A stretch of DNA of 63,480 nucleotides, counting the filler, from Guillardia theta CCMP2712 (Eukaryota > Protista > Cryptophyta): the NCBI RefSeq assembly GCF_000315625.1. It is 5 parts of 5 records of this genome, joined end to end, with 100 filler letters (N's around TTAATTAATTAA, not from the genome) between each part and the next. Parts side by side here need not be neighbours in the genome. Positions count along the whole stretch, not along the records: positions 20,468 to 39,236 come from NW_005434657.1; 4 more parts are not named here. The stretch is one strand, 5' to 3'. Positions within the stretch are counted from its first letter, which is position 1; every line of letters begins with the position of its first letter. Below are positions 25,711 to 39,112 of the stretch, in pieces. The notes under the pieces were generated by a model. It was not told the DNA's origin. It searched no databases and worked only from the letters and a program-made list of their open reading frames with translations. The position numbers and the translations under genes are program-made.

Positions 25711-25767
25711 GCCCACGGCAAAGAGGAGAAGCTGAGCGAGCAGCAGGCTGAGAAGCCGCGTGATTAG

Positions 25768-25840
25768 AGGAGCTGGAGCTGGAGCTGGAGCTGGAGCTGG
25801 AGCTGGAGCTGGAGCTGGAGCTGGAGCTGGAGCTGGAGCT

Positions 25841-25887
<47 letters not shown>
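25768..25887. repeat. (GGAGCT/GGAGCA)n hexamer repeat
   Basis: Directly visible; produces the PA/AG runs in the overlapping ORFs. Confidence 0.95.
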
Positions 25888-26245
25888 GCCTACTGGACCT
25901 GTACTGGACGCTATGCAGGCAGCTATGCAGGACGCTACGGGGAAGAGCGGGGAGGAGGGCATCGGGAAAAGGAGCCAGAGAAATTGAGTGGTCGTGGTTT
26001 TAATAAGAAATGAGGAGAGGGGGAGAGAGAGCAGAGCAGAGCAGAGTAGAGTAGAGTAGAGCAGAAGGGAGGAGAAGAGACGAGCAGGAGGTGTGGACAT
26101 ATGTTGAGGGGTGGAGAAGGAAGGCGAGGAGGTGGGAATGGAAAGTGAGGGAAGACAAGAGCTGAGGGGACAAGAAATGGAAGAGAAGATATCGGCGAGA
26201 GAGGAAATAAGAGAAGAGAGCATGTCAGACAGGTGGATACCAGGA

Positions 26246-27752
26246 TGTGCTCTGATAGATCTTGTAGGATGTTGGATATTCTCAGGATGTTATTCGCTCT
26301 CGCCCTCATCGTCATCCCGGGGATATTCGTCAATGCGCTTCAAGTGCTTACCTTGCTTGTCCGACCATTTTCCCTTCCACTTTTTCGCAAGCTCAACAGG
26401 GAGCTTGTCAACCTGCACTGGCCTCTGCTGGTCTGGCTGATCGAGGGCTGGGCGGGGGTGAAGCTCAAGCTGTACGGGGACAAACTGCCGCACAACGAGA
26501 CCATGATCGGCATCCTGAACCATCGCAGCGATGTCGACTGGATGATTGGCTTCGCGTTGTGCGGGCGAAAATGCGTCTTGGGGGCGTTGAAAGTGATTGT
26601 GAAGACAGCGTGAGGTGCTGGAGGTAGAGGTGAAGAAGCCTGACGGCATGCAGGCACCTCATGATCCCTGTGTTCGGCCTCATGGAGTACTTCGTCGAGT
26701 TCATCTTCGTCAAGAGAAACTGGCAGGTCGTTGACTTTGATGCTCTATCGGGAGAGAATGAGATGTTGCGGTAGGAGGACAAGGCAGCGTTGGAGAAGGG
26801 CCTGCTCTCCTTGCAGACGTTTCCGAAACCCTTCTGGTTCATTATCTTCCCTGAAGGAACTCGTTACAGCCAGTGAGTCTCCTCCCCTTCGCCTCCTCCC
26901 CTTGAAGTCGCTGGATCGCAGAAAGAGAAAGGAGGCGAATCAGGTGTGGGCGAGAGAAAACGGCAAGACGCCGCTAGAGCACGTGCTGTGGCCGAGAGCC
27001 AAGGCATTCGTGATGGCGACGCAAACGCTCAAGGGGACGGTAGACGCGATCTACGATGCCACGATGATCTTTGAGAAGGAGGTTGGGGAGGAGCAGAGGC
27101 TTCTACGAGGTCTTGAGCAACTGCAGGTCACGTTCTTCGACCTGCTCAAGGGACGAGGCAACACGGTCGTTCACTTCTACGTAAAGAGGTGAAGTAGATG
27201 TGCAGCCCAGGGCGCGAGTGATCGCAGCCGGCAGGTATGACATGGCGCAAGTTGCAAACAAGACAGACGGGGTTTGAGCTGTGTGCTTGCTTGGGAGCGT
27301 CTTGACAGATAGCAGGAGCTGGAGGCTTGGCTGGATGAGAGGTGGATGGAGAAAGAGAAACTCTTCCACGTGAGCAAGGCTTCACTTTGACTTCACTAAT
27401 TGCCTCCAGGTGTTCAGCCAAAACTCGTCGTTTCTTGTCCCAGAGCTCAAGGACGAGCTGCCGATGAAGTCGCACTACTTTGTCGGTGAGATTCTCGACC
27501 TGCTGTTGTAGCGTGACTCACTCGCTCTCAGTCGCGTGGGTCATGGTCACCTTGAGCTTCATCACCATCACCTTGCGGTCTCTTCCTCCCATCTCTTGGG
27601 TCTGCTGCTCTTCTCCTCCTCTCCTCCCTCACTCGCTGCAGGACGTCATCCAGCATGCTGCTTTCATCGCCGTCGGCTTGAGTGTCGTCGGGATTCTCAT
27701 GCTCGTCAGTGTCTTGAGACAAACGTCTTCTTCCAAGAAGAAATCAAAATGA
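26246..27752 (+). CDS. 1-acyl-sn-glycerol-3-phosphate / lysocardiolipin acyltransferase (LPAT family)
   Basis: NHRSDVDW (motif I), FIFVKRNW, FPEGTR, HVLWPRAKAF, IYDAT; C-terminal KKKSK. Confidence 0.9.
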
Positions 27753-27999
27753 ATCTCCCACTCATCGCCTGCTGTCTTGCGGCATCACAGGAAGTAGCTG
27801 CACGACTAGTCACGACTCCGCAGCAGCATCTCCTCCTCCTCCCGCTCTCTCAGCATAGCGACGGTGCTGCCAGGCAGAATCTGCGCACGGAACTTCAGCG
27901 TTCGGAGGCGGCTCACTTCAACGGCTCACCGTCTGAGCGGAGAGATGGCGCATGCCGAGCAAGGAGTCGCGGGGATGACCACCAATCCAAGGAGACAGC

Positions 28000-29348
28000 T
28001 TACCGAAGCTTGAGTCTTGAAACCTCGAGGAGAAGTTGAAGACAGCAAACGCCAACGGCCTGGTACCTCTTCTCCAGCAGAGGCCTTGTGACTCTACTCA
28101 ATCTCTCAGCTTCTTCCATGCGGCAGTCTTGCTCCAGCAAGTAGATCTCGTCGATGCAACTGGAACAAGGTCAAGAGCGAACATGCCCCTCCATCTCTAC
28201 TTCTGAAGCTCTTCACTTGCTCGGCTTCTCGCTCCTTCATCCACATACGGCTGGACAACCATCATTGCCCTCTCTCAGTTGAGCTTCTTACCGAGTGCTG
28301 GACGAGACGCCAGCGCGTCATCCTGCAGTTGAGCTCTTCGACCTTGGGCTCTCTTCACGTGATCACAACGCTCGGCTTGTCCTCACCTGGTGAACCTCCT
28401 CCACCCTGTCGAAGCCGCAAGTGACGTAGACGTAATCTGCCATGCGCACAGCCTGCTCCCGTCAGCCTCGAATCATCGACACGCGCTCTCACTTGAGAGA
28501 AGACTCGCTCGTGCTTCATCGGCTCACACTCGCTCCATGCGTTCCTTCGCTCGTCGAAGACCTTGAGGGTCGTCACGACTCTCCTCCCATCCCCCACTTA
28601 CAACCTCCACTGTTGACAACGGCTTCGCCAAGTCATGCCCTCCAAACACATACACCCGCCCGTTCCAGGAAGCAGCAGCAGCGCCATATTTCTTCTCCCT
28701 CAGCGACGGCAACTGCATCCAGCTCTTCATGCGCAGGTCAAGTGCGAGGACGGAATCCAGTGCAGGAGACTGATCGAACTTTCCTGTTCTGCCGCCGATA
28801 CAGAAATGTCTGTCTATCGTGCTAGCTCCAGCCATCATCGTGCGAGGAGACGGGAGCTCAGGTGCAGAAGACCAGCCTTGCAGCTGCTCGTCCATTACCT
28901 CGCACGAGGACAGCACCATGGCTTCTCGGACCGGCGCATCCCCGTAACCCCCAGGCTTCCCCGTGCGGCTGCCTTGTCCTCCAAACACAAGGACGCGACC
29001 TCTCGCTGTCGTCGCTGCATGGAACGCGCGTGAAGCAGACAATGAGGGGATCCAGGTCCATCGAGGGAAGCGGCCATGCCCTGGGGTGGAGGCGCTGTAA
29101 ACCTCGCAAGACGCGATGTAGTTTGAACCATCGTGACCGCCGATGGCGAGGAGCTCGCAGCCAAGGCAGGCTGAGGCGAGGGCGTCTCGTGGGGAGAGCA
29201 TGTGCCTTGCGTCTGGCGCCATGTGGGCAGAAGAGGCGCCATCAGGACTGTAGGTCGCCACCTCCCGCCCGCAACCCCCGCCATGCCAACCGCCTAGCGC
29301 AGCGACGTACTGCATGTCGATGAAACAAGCCTGCCTCAGAGGACTCAA
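28000..29348 (-). CDS. Kelch-repeat protein
   Basis: Repeated GG...Y...W Kelch motifs (LLAIGGHDG, VLVFGG, FCIGG, VYVFGGHD). Ends are uncertain. Confidence 0.75.
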
Positions 29349-29622
29349 AGGCTCTTGTGGTGAGACAGAACGTCCTACTAGACTCCAACGGCTGATGTGA
29401 GAGACTCCGACGTCACTGCCTCACTGCCTCACTTGCCCTCCCGCTCACCCTCGGGAGTCGCGGAGTCTCAGTGAGGCATGTGATGTGATGTGAGTGATGG
29501 TGAGGCGATGTGATTGTTGCAACTAGTGGAACAGAGTCAAGTTGCAGTACACTAGCTGGACTGTACCAGCACGCCTTTTCAAATTCTCACTGGTGCCTCA
29601 TCCCCTCGCAGACCCTTCCGCC

Positions 29623-31656
29623 ATGTCTGAGGTGATCGTTGTGGTGGACAGCGAGGAGGAGTCAACGGAGGAGGAGAGAGACGGAGAGGAGAGAGGACAA
29701 GAGATCCAGCAAGACGCTGAGCTACTAGCTCGACACAAGCAGAGGACGGACCAAGTCAACTCTGAGGTGGGCGAGAGATACGAAGCCGAGAGGGAGAAGC
29801 ACTGTACATGGCTGCAGACCAAAGGCATCGACAAAAGACAAGAGCCAAGCAGAACAAGTGCGCAAAGCATTCATCCAAGCTGGGTCCCAGCGGCTCCATG
29901 CAGTGTAGTGGTTTCACCATCGCGCAGCATCGTTGAGATATCAGACAGTGACGAGGGTGAGGATGGGATGGAGAGGATGGATGAGATCGAGCTGATGCCG
30001 AAGCGGAAGGACATCGAGAACATTTACCCCGTCAGCATGAGTGATGTAAATCACCAAGACACAAGAGTTGAAAATGCGAGCGAGTCGCTCAATAGCGAAA
30101 ATGCGCAGGGCAGGAGAGATGGAAAAGCGCGCAAGGAGATGAGCAGCGAAGCACAGAAGAGGAAACAAGAAAAGATGGAAGCGAAAGAGGAGGCAAAACT
30201 AGCGAAGGAGGAGGCGAAGAGAAGGAAGCTGCAGGAGAAAGAGAACCTGGCTCTATCAAGCGGGAGGAAGGCGATGGAACATGTTCGGGTATTGATGGAC
30301 GATAGGTTCGTTGGTTACATGCGGGACAACGAGTTGCAGGGCATGGTAACCAGGATGCGATCAGAGCTGCCAGACAAGATCACTGTCGTGCTCGATCTTC
30401 GCCTCCTCTCGCCTCACACTGATGCAGGTCGAGCGGCTGGAAAGCTCCAACCTCATATGTGTAAAGCGCACAGTATTCCGACACCGAGGAAGCGAACTGG
30501 AGGAGGTGGAGGAAGTGGCGCCACAGGTGCTTCTGCTCGTCTGCTCGCTCGTCTGACACCTGTGGGGTCAGCGGCTGCTCGTCTATCCCGCGCGACAGCT
30601 CGTGCAGGAGGTCCAGTCAGATTATCTCGTGCACAACGTAGCGCAGCTGAAAGAGAAGGCGCGTCCATCAAGGTCCTGGAGCTGCGGTGAGAGTCCTGGT
30701 GCTGACGTGGCTCGCAGTCAAATCATCTTGTTCATCATCGGACTCGAGACATTCTTGAGGAGCGTCAAGGACAGGAAGAAGCTACGAACCAGCATCGAAG
30801 AGAGCTTGACCATGGTTCCCCGAGCTCGCGCGTACGAAACTTGATGCTCTTGACAGCTGATGATCTTTCAACGCGTCGGTCACCGACGAGTGGAGGACGA
30901 GGACGAGGAAGAAGAGGCAGGAGGAAGTTCTGCCAGCCTGACGACATGCAGCAGGGATGGAAAGTGCTCAAGAGAATAATCGAGGCGATCGCAGAGGATC
31001 CCTACAAGCAGCCAGTGCCACTGCTGGACAGGTCAGAACCCTCATGAGTAGTGATGGAAGGAGCTCTTCTTGCATGAAGAGAGGGAGAGATGGAGGAGGA
31101 GTACGGAGGGAGGAGAAGGCAAGCTGCGTCGGATGAGGTTCATGCAGGTTCAAGGATCAGCATTCCTATGTTGGAAACTCGTCCGAGGTCACGCCCATGC
31201 AGGCGAGGAGCTTCTGCGCTAGAGGCTTGAGGGATGAAGAAAATTCAGGCGTTTCTGCGGGCGATTCCGGGGGTCGGGGAGAAACCAGCGGCCGCCATTG
31301 CAAGCGAACATGCAAGCCTGCGGTCGTTGGCACAGATGTGAGTTGCTGGAGGGATGGGACAGACGAGGACAGAGAGGAGCAACTGAGGGCTTGTACAGCT
31401 ATGAGGACCCGACCATGAGCTTAGAGAGGAAGAGGAACCTGCTGCGAGACATGTACAACACTGCCTTCTGCTTCCTTTCTGACGTCTCACAGGCCCTTCC
31501 GATGCTCGAGCACCTCTGCGAGGGAGGAAAGGAGGGTTGGGATCCGAACGAGCGAGAAGATTTTCCAGGCATCCTCATGCTTTACAAGCTGCTCGTCTTA
31601 CCTTCGCTTTGCAGATCTTCACATGCACGGAAGGAAGTGCGATCTTCGATGGGTGA
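29623..31656 (+). CDS. EME1/Mms4-like crossover-junction endonuclease subunit
   Basis: Charged N-terminus; IEESLTM, IIEAIAEDPYK, HhH-like FLRAIPGVGEKPAAAIA, NLLRD and RRVGIRTSEKIF resemble the EME1 C-terminus. Confidence 0.6.
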
Positions 31657-31893
31657 GGGGGCGATCGCACATCAACGCAGGTCTACGAGAAAAAGAACCT
31701 CGAAAAACCTCAGCTTCTTGCAGTTCCCTCGACTACGCAACAACAAAAGTTCGTCTGACGGCCTCTTAAGTTCCAAATTGTGCGAATCGAGGATGGGGAA
31801 TCCAAAGAAAGAGGGCGGGACAAAACCACAGAGGAGGAGAAGGAGATGGGTTCGGAACAGGGGAGGGTGAAGAGAGGCTTCACTGTCAGCAGT

Positions 31894-33938
31894 CTAGAGC
31901 TTAGGAGTAAAGTCCTTGCCAACAGGCTCGGCGAGAGCTTCTGCGATAAGAACAGCGTTCAAAGCAGCGCCACGCAGGAGCTGTAGAGAGAGAGTCAGGA
32001 CAGCAACCAACAACATGCAGTGATGGCACCTGATCTCCGCACACAAAAAACTCAAGACCGTGATCTCCGAAGACAATGTTCTGCCTGATGCGTCCAACCT
32101 ACTCCCACGTCACGCTTGGCAGCAATCATGACGCTCGTCACCTCCACAGGATATTTCTTGGAAGCGGTCAAAGGCATTGGGTACTTCTTGTTTGCAGGCT
32201 CGTCGGCGAGGGCGATGCCTGTACGCTCAGTCACCCTCCTGCTCGTCGCCTCCTTGCCTTCCCCTCGTTCTCCTCCCTCCTCGTCATTACCGGGAGATTT
32301 CGCCAGAAGATCTCTTGCTTCATCCACCTACATTACGTTATTAACACAAGCGGAAACACTCGAAGCAGATCGGTAGAGGCACGATTGCCTCAGGTCAAAG
32401 TGAAGAAGTATCGCAACATGATGTTTCAGCAGCATGAATCTCATCCTTGGCACACAACAATGCAGTAATTGATGCTTCAAGCGCCTCTCTAACCTTGATG
32501 GGCTTCTCAGTCTCAACCACAATCGACTCCGCATGGGCTCTGAAGGTCGGGATTCTTACAGCAGTGCCTGTCACCAACATCATCCTTGCACACGCACTTC
32601 CTTCACTCACAAGACACAGGAAGGGAAGGAATGTCCATGATCTTGCGGCACTCCCAAGTCACCTGATCGTATGAGTCACGTGATTCTGTGTGCGTTGAAA
32701 AGAGCCAGCAGACCTTCATCTCCTCCTTGGTGTAGAGGTTGTCCTGGAAGACGTCGATATGTGGGATAAGATTGAATGGCAGCGGATGGGCGAAGATCTT
32801 GTTCTTCGCGATCGTTCCTTCGGCACTGTTTACAACCTACACAACAATGAGACCTGCAGCAAAAGATACGAGCTCTTCTTCACCTCCTTCGCTCCGTCCC
32901 TCAGCTCGTCCATTCCTTCCTGTCCGGCACCAGAGGCTGCTTGATAGGTGGACATGATGACCTTCTTGAGGCCGAACCTGCGCATGTTGAATAGAGACTC
33001 GGTCAAGCTGTCGAGACCTCTTGTGAAGAGGAAACAGCGCCATGATGCCGATGGCGGTCGTGCAGTTCGGGTTTGCAATAACCTGATATGCGTGGTGAGT
33101 ACGGACATCGACCCTTCTCGCTCTGAGGCACCTTGTTAGGATTCTTGCGAGCAGCGTCAGCATTGATCTCTGGGACGCAAAGAGCAACATCCTTATCATA
33201 ACGGAACGCCGACGAGTTGTCAATGACAACAGCCCCGTCATCGCTGCAGTGATTTGTTAGAAAAACATAAACCTTATTGAGCGGCCATCACACCCTTCAG
33301 CAATAGCCTTGGCGTACTCCTTGGAGAAATCTCCCGAGACTGAGATGAAGACCACGTCCATCTCCCTCGCCTTCTGCACGGAGAACGCCTCGATCTCAAC
33401 CTTGCCCCACTTGGTCTCCACAACTTTGCCAGACGATCGCTCGGACCCGAAAAGATGAAGCTCTTTCACAGGAAATCCTATGGTGAAATGAGCTCATGCG
33501 GAAAACACAAGGAGTCGAAGACAAGAAGAGGAATCCAGATCCTGCAAGAAGCACCTCGTGTCTCAAGAACTCCAACAATCTCCTTTCCGACAGCTCCAGT
33601 CGCACCTGAAGCATCAAGCATCAATCTTGAAGCAGAGACATCCAAAGTGAGCAGGAACAGCTCGTCTCACCGCAAATTCCAACCTTGAGAGGAGTGTTTG
33701 CTGGAAGGGCCGCCATTCTCAGGGCAGATGAGAAGGTTGAGGCTTGGCGGATCGAAGGAACTAAACGGGATTGGGAACGGCCGTTGTACGAGTTCACGAC
33801 ATGGCGACGGACAGGGAGCCTGGCGGAGGAGGAGAGGGGAGTGAAGGAGGCAGAAGAGGTCCGTTGAAGGAGGACGGACGGGGAGCTGAAGGCGGCGGCC
33901 TGAGCGACGAGCACAAGCAGAACCAGCAGGCGCTGCAT
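31894..33938 (-). CDS. asd: Aspartate-semialdehyde dehydrogenase with bipartite plastid presequence
   Basis: [17 protein letters not shown] signal, [15 protein letters not shown] (catalytic Cys), [30 protein letters not shown]. Confidence 0.93.
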
Positions 33939-34697
33939 GACGACCTGAGGGTTGCAAGGCATGGGTGGTACAGTTGCTAAACGGGGGGGGGTCGTACCAT
34001 GAGTGGGGTGGGTACAGATTGTGAGTACCGGGTAGAAGATGCGGAGATTTACGAAAAAAGCGTGGGTAGAAAGAAAATTGGTTGGTCCAAAAGAGGAAAA
34101 GACGGGTGGGGTGGTACTGTAGCAGGGTAGGGGTAGTAGCATTAGGGGAATATGAACAGAGTCAAGCAGGGGAGTTGAGACAGGGTGGTGTAGTCCAGGA
34201 TGCCAGGGGGTGGGGTGATTGAGGAACTTTGTGGGGGTAGGACGAAGGATGAAGGTGGGGTCCGGACAGAATAGTAAGTTTGAGCTATTTTCATTCCTGA
34301 GGGGGTGGGGTCATGGGTGTGGGTTCAAACGGCAAAGAAATCCGCTGGGGGGTGGGGTAGGGTGAGATGGAGGGGGTGGAAGTAGGGAATCGGGATATTC
34401 GATCTCACATGGGTGGGGGTGATGTTAAGCTACAATTTCGGGTTTTGGTGGGGGTGGGGGTGGTGTGGGGTTTCCTCGTGCAGGAGTACGAGGGGGATGA
34501 TTTGGTCCGGCCCGGAGGCCCGGAGCAGACGACAGGTTAACTAAATTAGCTCAATATCCTCCGAAATAAAAGCCTTCAGCTAAACAAATTTTCACATCCA
34601 TAATTGAGGGGGGTGGGGTGGGTGGTTGAGAAAGCGAGAAGGCAAAATGCGTTTGGTCTAGGTCGCTTCACAAGAGGAGAATGATAGGAGATGACGA

Positions 34698-34698
34698 C

Positions 34699-34746
<48 letters not shown>
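34698..34746. repeat. (CAT)n microsatellite
   Basis: Directly visible. Confidence 0.95.
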
Positions 34747-34925
34747 GAAGTTGGAAATGAAGATAATCATGAAATATATTATGATGATTATGATTATGGA
34801 GAAGATTATGATGATGGGAATGGAGATAATGGATGAGTGGAAAGATATAGATGATAGAGGTGATGTAGAAAGATAAGATAATCAATGTGGATATTGTCAT
34901 GAAGATTGTCTGCAGCGACGCCAGC

Positions 34926-36122
34926 ATGAGAGAAAGCTCCTGTGGAAGCCCCTAGAATACCTCGGAAGCAAGTGGTGGGAAGGCAGAAGCAGGGCAGCAT
35001 TCTATGAGGGAATAAGCTATTCCAGGCTTTTCGGTTGTTGAGATGTGTTGGCCGAAGCCGATCACGAGGTAGCTTTGATGAGGAACCAAAAGGAGATGGG
35101 GATGGAAAGCTGCTCAGCACAAGAGGAAGAGTAATCGAATGACTCATGTGAACTAAGTAGATCTGAGGGTTTTGGGTGGCTGACGCTTGTTGAAGGTTCA
35201 CACGTGCAATCATGGTCACGCTGAGCATCAAGTTGTCCTCGAGCTCGTTTGATGAGATACTGGGCAAGAGACTTCGAGGGAACGAGGACGTGGAAATGTC
35301 CGACGGTCTTGAACAGGTCTGCGATGATTCCGGTGCTGCTGTCATGGAAGTGGAAAATTTTGAGTCGAACCTGAAGCGACATTGCGCACGTTTTGAAATG
35401 ATCATTCCCAAACGCACACAAATATCCTTGGCGATGCCGGGGCTAGATCGTTTCGACTTGCACGCGAACGTTCACCACTTGCTACAAGATCAAGACCCTT
35501 TCTGCAGTCGCCCACTCAACCTGTGCCAACATGATTTCACCACGAACGCGGCAGGTCTGTTTCAACGGCATCTTGAATTAGACACAGATGTAAGAGCCTC
35601 CTCTTGTTGCTCCGCCTAACACTGATGTCTGCGTGCATTGCAGAAGCGGTTTCTTGTCTTGAGGTCGAACAGAGTCGATGATGGTTCCGACCACCTGGAG
35701 TCGATCCGCTTGTCTTGGGATGCTCCCACAAGCCATCGCCTCTCATCGAAGAGATAGGGAGTGAGAACCACCAGCTTCACGGTCAAAGCGAAGCAGAAGT
35801 AGCAGAGGAACCGAGGAGACTAGATGCGGCAGTTTCAGCATCAGAGCCTTGTCGACTTCTCGAGAAGCTCTCCATCACAAACTCCGACGCTCGTCAGCAT
35901 TTCCGTGCGTCTTCTTTCGACAGTTCTCACGGGTTTCTGGCGCAGCACAAGCAGAAGCCTTCCTCTCGCCCTCCCTCCTGTCTCGCCTGGAGATCTCGGT
36001 CCGCCAAGTTCGCCGGGTTGAGCATCGCGGATTCAAGCCGGCATGGAGCCGATGTCAACGACGTTTTCTCTCTTCTTACCATTCGCTCTAGCCGACCCCT
36101 CAGTGTTAGTGACGGTCGGTGA
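34926..36122 (+). CDS. Hypothetical multi-exon protein
   Basis: Coding-like ORF pieces 35212-35619 and 35715-36122 with plausible splice sites; no recognisable domain. Confidence 0.25.
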
Positions 36123-36675
36123 GCTCAATAAAGTCAAAACTCACTCGGTCCCTCAACCTCCTCGACTGGTTCTGCCTCTCTCATCATCATGACCAGCGGC
36201 ACAGCATCCGTCCTATGATGCCGTGACTGATGTAGATCATTCCATGCTGCACCAGCTCCCCCTTCCTCTACCGTTGCCGTCATCGCCGACTGACCTCTAG
36301 ACCATGTAGTTCACTTGCCGTGCCCCATTGCGACTGACTGAGCGGTCAGCCAGATACCTGGACTCGAGTTAAACTCAGTCCTCAAGCAGATGAAAGCAGA
36401 CCGTCATCCATAGAGCACACAGCAACAAACGCGGCTCAAACACACGAAACATAAGACCGAAAGTAACCAGTACTGCTGACAAAGCCAATCGAGGATGCCG
36501 TTGCAGCTACCTCCGCTATGAAGAAGTACATATTGGCTGATTTGAAGCTTGAGATTCAACCCCGCGTGGCACCAACACCCACTCCGAGATCGGACTGAGT
36601 TTAGAGTGCCCTAATCTCTCGCAGCTGAAGAAGAGCCTTAAGCGCCGTCTCAAGACTCAGCTTCTTCACTTTCAG

Positions 36676-39112
36676 TTGCGGGCGCAAGCACTTCTCGAGC
36701 CAGAGGACAGCTCCTCCTCGGACTTTGTCGAGTCGCCCGAGGAGGAGTAGTCATGGCATATGCAGCGCGATGTTTGCGAATCTTCTCAGACGCTGCAACA
36801 TGGAGGGCGTCGAGGTTGACCTCCCCCACTTGGTCAGGTCGGCAGAGCTACCAATGTAAGGGTGGACCAACGTCACGTCCGCCATCAAGCCCTCGTACTG
36901 CTCGGACCCTCGATCGCGGATTCGAGGGATGTGGATATCGCCCTTCATCTTGCGGCCATGAGGATGGGAGGGTACCTGCCGTCGAGAACGAGGATCCCCC
37001 ACTGTATCGATGACGCTATGAGTACCAGCGGCGTTCGCTGTCGACCGAATCGTACGAGTAAGGTTGTCATGCGCCGTGGGAAGCTTGGAGGATCGGCGTT
37101 TGCAGGTCTGGAGATGATGTGCAGCAACGGAGGGATCGAGCTCGCGCTGACATCCATCACATTCCGTCGGACACTGGCAGATCGGCATGCCATGGAGATC
37201 AGTACATGGATTTACTGGCAGAAGGTAAAAAGTGCCTCAAGCAAAACAAAGCAGGAACAAGCTAACCTCCAGGCACAGCGAGAAGCTGCAGATAGCAGTC
37301 GAGCATCTGAGCATAGCGGTGCGGGAAGGCCTTGAGGGGGTAGTAGCTCGAGACTCGCATCGGAGAGTGGCTCAGGTCTCGCTCAGGAAAATGAGCGAAG
37401 ATGGTACGGTAGACTGCAAGACCCTATCCTGCGACTTGAGCGAGTGTGTCCTGCGGCTGTGCAAGGTGAGGATATCACGCTGTTGATCGGTCAGCGCAGC
37501 GCGAGCATGCACATGGCGAGGGAAGACGCGCATGACAAGAGGAGTCACATTTCGCTGCGCAGGCGGCGGAATGAAGTGCTCATGAGACGAGTCGACGAGA
37601 GCGCGCAAACCAGGGATTCTGCCAGTAAATCCGTATTCCGCTTGAGGCACTTTTTACCTTCTGCCAGTAAATCCGTATCCACCCGTGACGGCGGCGATCG
37701 GACGCCGCATCAATGCCCAAGCAGTGGTCAGTCGGCTGCCTCCGGGTATCGCGTCTAAGGGATTTTCTTCCTCCTGCATGCTCCTGCTGCTTGTTGCTTG
37801 ATTGCTTGACCCTTAGGCTGCTTGTCTGCGCGGCTTCGCGCTTGGGCTGGCGATGCCGCGTCTGGGTGCCAGCAGTGCTGGTTGTTTTCGGGCTTGTGTT
37901 TTGTGTGTGATTGTGCAGCTTCTCGCTGTGGACTGTGTGCCTGCCGGTTCAGCTTGTTCCTGCTTTGTTTTGCTTGAGGCACTTTTTACCTTCTGCCAGT
38001 AAATCCTAGTCCTCCTCGCTTGATGGCGGACGTGACGTTGGTCCACCCTTACATTGGTAGCTCTGCCGACCTGACCAAGTGGGGGGAGGTCAACCTCGAC
38101 GCCCTCCATGTTGCAGCGTCTGAGAAGATTCGCAAACATCGCGCTGCATATGCCATGACTACTCCTCCTCGAGCGTTCATCCCTCTTGCCATCTCGACGG
38201 ACGGTACCCTGCATCCTGACACCCTCCGCTTCATCTGGTATCTCGCGGACATCATTGCTCAGCGCTCGATGCCTCTTGAGGATGCGGCGTTTGGTCGGCA
38301 CTTTGTGCCTGATGACGGACCTGCTGCTGAGGTCTTGGCTCGCAAACGCGCCGCCACCTATCAGCGCCTCACCATGCAGCTGACGCTGGAAGCGCTCTTG
38401 TCTGGTGCCAGGCGCATGACGCCCTTGCGGGCGCAAGCACTTCTCGAGCCAGAGGACAGCTCCTCCTCGGACTTTGTCGAGTCGCCCGAGGAGTCTTCGC
38501 CGGAGGTCTCCGACTCCGATGGGGGACACCCTTCGAGTGGCGCCGACGATCGGCGCGGAGCTGGCGAGGCGTCTCCGTCCCTCACTGTGACGTCGGGTGC
38601 CTCCGGAGAGCTCGACACCACTGGGGTGCTTGCTGCTGGTCCGAGCTCGCCTGCTTCCTCCCCGGCATCGGTCGGGTCACGCCGGTCCTTGGGCATTGCC
38701 GCGGCGTCGCCGCCGTCACGGGCGGCTACCACTGACTCGGCTCCTTGTCGGCGGCTGCCCTTTCTCCGTCCGCGGCCGCCCGCTTTGTGGCGGCAGCGGA
38801 CGTCTCGACTGACAGTGGTCAGTCGGCTGCCTCCGGGTATCGCGTCTAAGGGATTTTCTTCCTCCTGCATGCTCCTGCTGCTTGTTGCTTGATTGCTTGA
38901 CCCTTAGGCTGCTTGTCTGCGCGGCTTCGCGCTTGGGCTGGCGATGCCGCGTCTGGGTGCCAGCAGTGCTGGTTGTTTTCGGGCTTGTGTTTTGTGTGTG
39001 TTTGTGCAGCTTCTCGCTGTGGACTGTGTGCCTGCCGGTTCAGCTTGTTCCTGCTTTGTCTTGCTTGAGGCACTTATCCTATATTAGCTTTTTACTTTCT
39101 GCCAGTAAATCC
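36676..39112. mobile_element. Rearranged cluster of 5'-truncated non-LTR retrotransposon fragments with a restriction-like endonuclease (CRE/R2-type)
   Basis: CCHC knuckle + AHD + GDI...ADVT...EK..KH...FIPLAISTDGTLH split over ORFs 36751-37188(-) and 38020-38892(+). About 285-bp direct repeat 37722-38006 / 38813-39112. Shared end TTCTGCCAGTAAATCC. Confidence 0.75.

Noticed and set aside
25710-26223. Long N-terminal PA-repeat extension of the DUF167 ORF
   Set aside because: Probably a fortuitous open frame through low-complexity DNA; the likely start is MPQKR at 25710, though this is not proven.
37722-39112. Direct repeats as LTRs of an LTR retrotransposon
   Set aside because: No TG..CA ends, PBS or gag/integrase; the interior encodes an RLE-type endonuclease tail, and the repeat also occurs as shorter 3' pieces.
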